A DNA stretch of 64,000 bases. It comes from Rhizodiscina lignyota. Taxonomy: Eukaryota. Location: NCBI GenBank assembly GCA_010015805.1, contig ML978125.1, positions 2,170,001 to 2,234,000 of the forward strand, written 5' to 3'. The translations under genes were made by a program, and so were the position numbers. Positions 61,172 to 64,000 of this stretch are shown piece by piece. The notes beneath the pieces are model-generated. The model was given only the letters and a program-made list of their open reading frames with translations. It ran no database searches and was not told where the DNA came from. How positions within the stretch are numbered: the first letter of the stretch is position 1; each line of letters opens with the position of its first letter.

Positions 61172-62229
61172 ATGCATTTCGCGTACCCTCCTCGAAAATC
61201 CTCTAATCCACCCCCATACTTTCCAAAAGGGTCACGGTCGCCGTTCTTACGGCGGAACAGGCTTCAAACGATCGCGCTGTGTGCCGTGGGAGGATTTCTC
61301 CTTTTCTTCCTGGTCTCGAAACTCTTCGGGTCGTCTCCAGAGAGCATACCCTCTGGAACTCCACCAGTTGTCCTTGTCACGGTTATTGAACCGGAAAGGA
61401 GTCATGAACTGTCGGATAAGATCAAGGAGAATCGGCGACAATATGCTGAACTCCATGGTATGTAGACCTCTAATGCTGAGTATTTGGAATATATTTCACA
61501 TGTCTCATATTTCTTCAGGATACGCAACCTTTTTCGCAAACAATACGGATTACGACCTAGACAAATCTCCCAAGAGCTGGTCTAGAGTTCCTGCGATGCG
61601 ACATGCGATGACCGAATACCCTCACAGCACATTCTTTTTCTACCTCGATGAGAACGCGCTTATCACCAACCACGAAGTCGATCTAATCGACGATATCATG
61701 GAGAAGAGCAAGCTAGAGAGTCTCATGAGGACCAACATACCCGTTGTACCTCCTGATAGTGTGATAAAGACATTTGCGCACCTGAAGGGTGATCGGATAG
61801 ACTTGGTCTTGACCCAGGACAAAGAAGGGTTGGCGCATGACAGCTTCATAATGCGAAGGGGAGATTGGGCAAAGTACTTCTTGGACGCATGGTTCGACCC
61901 ATTGTATCGGTCGTACAACTTTCAGAAGGCAGAGGCTCATGCTTTGGAGCATCTTGTCCAGTAAGATTCCCGATGACAGGCCTTAACCCCTAAAGCTAAT
62001 GCGATTCAGATGGCACGGCACTATCCTCGCAAAGCTAGCACTAGTAAAGCAGAACGTCATGAACTCCTACGCCGACCCCATACGGGAACAGGCATCAGAC
62101 GCAGGAGCAGCGAGAGAAGGTGATTTCGTTACCTACTTTGGACTATGCGACAACCCCCCGCGAAACTGCGAAAACGAGATGCAACCATATATCGATAAAG
62201 CCACCAGGCAATACAACAAGATGAATTGA
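61172..62229 (+). CDS. GT34 (Gma12/Mnn10 family) glycosyltransferase, Mnn11-like alpha-1,6-mannosyltransferase subunit
   Basis: MHFAYPPRKSS N-terminus, single TM segment, ENRRQYAELHGY, PVVPPDSVIKT and WFDPLYRSYNFQKAE. Introns ~61458..61518 and ~61961..62009. Confidence 0.88.
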
Positions 62230-62735
62230 TCTCGACCGGTATGAATTGGTTATGAAGCTTGGCTAGGGATCGACTTCTATGTATAGGACATATTGTGTTT
62301 CAAGTCTGTGCATGAATGGCGTATGGTGTCTATGGGAGCACTGGAGAAGCAATAGGCGGCAGCTTTGTGGCCTCCATGTAGAATAGAGATATGCATTCGA
62401 GCGTGATCATCTTTTGGCGTCGTAATTCTATCTTCTCGTTCTCGTGGACCACAGGGATTGATAGTCCGCTAGCAATATCAAATTGAGAAGATCGTACATA
62501 CCCAGTACACATCTCAACTCCAACTGTGAACCGCTTTGAATCAATTACTCTGCAATGGCCAATGCAGCCTTCGATCATGAAGCTCACTTTCCGTAAATGC
62601 CAGATATCACGTGAACGCGCGTTATGTCTTAATTCGCGTCTTGACAATCTCTTCCATCACATCCAATTTGTGCCATCGCAGATCATAAGCTTCTTCACGA
62701 CCAATTCGAAGCTGCACGTACGACATTACGCAGCA

Positions 62736-63971
62736 ATGCTACCTCCAATCAGTCCTCAAGTTCTGGAGCAGAATCCGCGCTTCAAGTCTTTGTACAATGA
62801 TCTCAAAGCGTCGCGATTGACCGACGACGGCTCCTCCAAGCTCATCAAGAAACAGAGAGCTCAAGAAGAGTTAAAGAAAGTACGTGTTCTTGACTGTCTT
62901 CCAACCTCAATGTTCTCTTTTTTGCAGCGTTCCGGTTGCTAGATTTTATCCTCCTTCCGAATGCGTCCCTCCCTGACTCCTTCATAGAAACTTCAATCTT
63001 CACGCACCGAATTCGCAAAGACTGTCATTCTACAAGATGGATTGGACAAATTGGGCTCAAGAAGCTCGGAATTGCCACCTGAGGTAACCCCAACAACCCA
63101 ATTGAGAGGACACCCGCTGATCCATACAGCTACGGCAAGTTATCCAAGTCGTGTGTGCCCAGCTGGACGGCTCCCTTTCTGCTGCAGACAGGGAGGTACT
63201 AGTCGAGGACTTTGAATATTTCGTTGTATGTCTGATGGCCCTCATCTTTCCCTACGCCCAGCCTCGAGCTCATTTTGGGACATTTAGGAGCACATTGAAC
63301 AAGTGTCAGAAGCGCTGTCGACGTATCTCACACAGAGTGCACAAGGGGTCGCTGCCTTGATTGCTGCAACAGGTAATCAATCCCCCAATCAAACGTCTAT
63401 TTCCAGCTGACTGAGCTGGTTGATAATAACAGACAACCCATCTCCGCAGAGACAACTAGCAATATCCCTTCTAGCATCGAAGGCCGTTGCTCTGCGTAAT
63501 ACTCTAACATTGCAGACGTCCAATATCGCCAACAAGACCATCCAGATCGCCGATCTAGCCGCTTCCATCTCCCTAATCAACCGGGATATCCTCCAGGTCA
63601 CAGTTCGCATCCTCGAGCAATCCATGCACGGAAGTGTATCGCGCGCCACTCGCGCCAAGGCAGAGCATTTAGCCACCGTTGCTCGTGGAATGGAACTCAA
63701 GCTTTCGATCATCACGCACGCTGCCGGCTCGGCCGATGGAGCATCTGGAGGCGGGAGTGACGGGGTTGGTCGAGCTCTGAAGGCGTATGGCGCCCATTTG
63801 AGGAGGTTGAAGGACGATCTCAATGCTGAGGAGAGAGCATTGGAGACGAAGTTGAAGGATTATGAGAATGCCGGAGGAGGGATGAAGGATATCGCAAAGC
63901 GATATGCAGAGCTAATGACGGAGACGGCGGAGGTAAAAGAGGAGATTGCGAGACTGCAAGAGGCGGATTAG
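62736..63971 (+). CDS. Probable augmin/HAUS complex subunit 4-like coiled-coil protein
   Basis: N-terminus LPPISPQVLEQNPRFKSLY..L..DGSS and C-terminus LKDYENAGGGMKDIAKRYAEL resemble recalled HAUS4 termini. About 4 introns (donors near 62880, 63084, 63226 and 63373). Family call is from memory, not a search. Confidence 0.65.
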
Positions 63972-64000
63972 GCGCTGATGACATTTGTGCTTTACCCAGG

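Noticed and set aside
62390..62450. Weak inverted resemblance to the dispersed repeat; similar weak hits at 34958-34972 and 31138-31165
   Set aside because: Only short word matches with wrong spacing; an HMM search is needed to decide.
1..64000. tRNA, rRNA, CRISPR array, autonomous transposon or riboswitch
   Set aside because: None recognised by eye; tRNAscan-SE and Infernal scans would be needed to exclude small RNAs.

Overview
This is a gene-dense eukaryotic window with short (about 45-110 nt) spliceosomal introns and CTRAC branch points. The gene set is typical of a filamentous ascomycete (Pezizomycotina); Dothideomycetes is my inference. About 22 protein-coding genes are supportable. The recognisable ones are MON1, DOP1, the BCK1-type MAPKKK, an MDR-family reductase, PHO84, an SDR, calcipressin, a GNAT, a SNF2-family ATPase, SmD1, an oxysterol-binding protein, RecQ/SGS1, an Mnn11-like GT34 and a probable augmin HAUS4. 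No tRNA, rRNA, CRISPR array or autonomous transposon was seen. Notable observations: (1) a diverged ~370-bp dispersed repeat with at least 7 intergenic fragments on both strands, five sharing a 5' boundary; (2) a secreted GH76 + SGNH-esterase fusion gene head-to-head with the GT34 mannosyltransferase; (3) a tandem pair of diverged orphan paralogues; (4) clustered Crz1-like, Pho4-like and MCB-like promoter motifs in front of the expected target genes; (5) a GC-AG intron. All alignments and exon models were done by eye, so boundaries are approximate.
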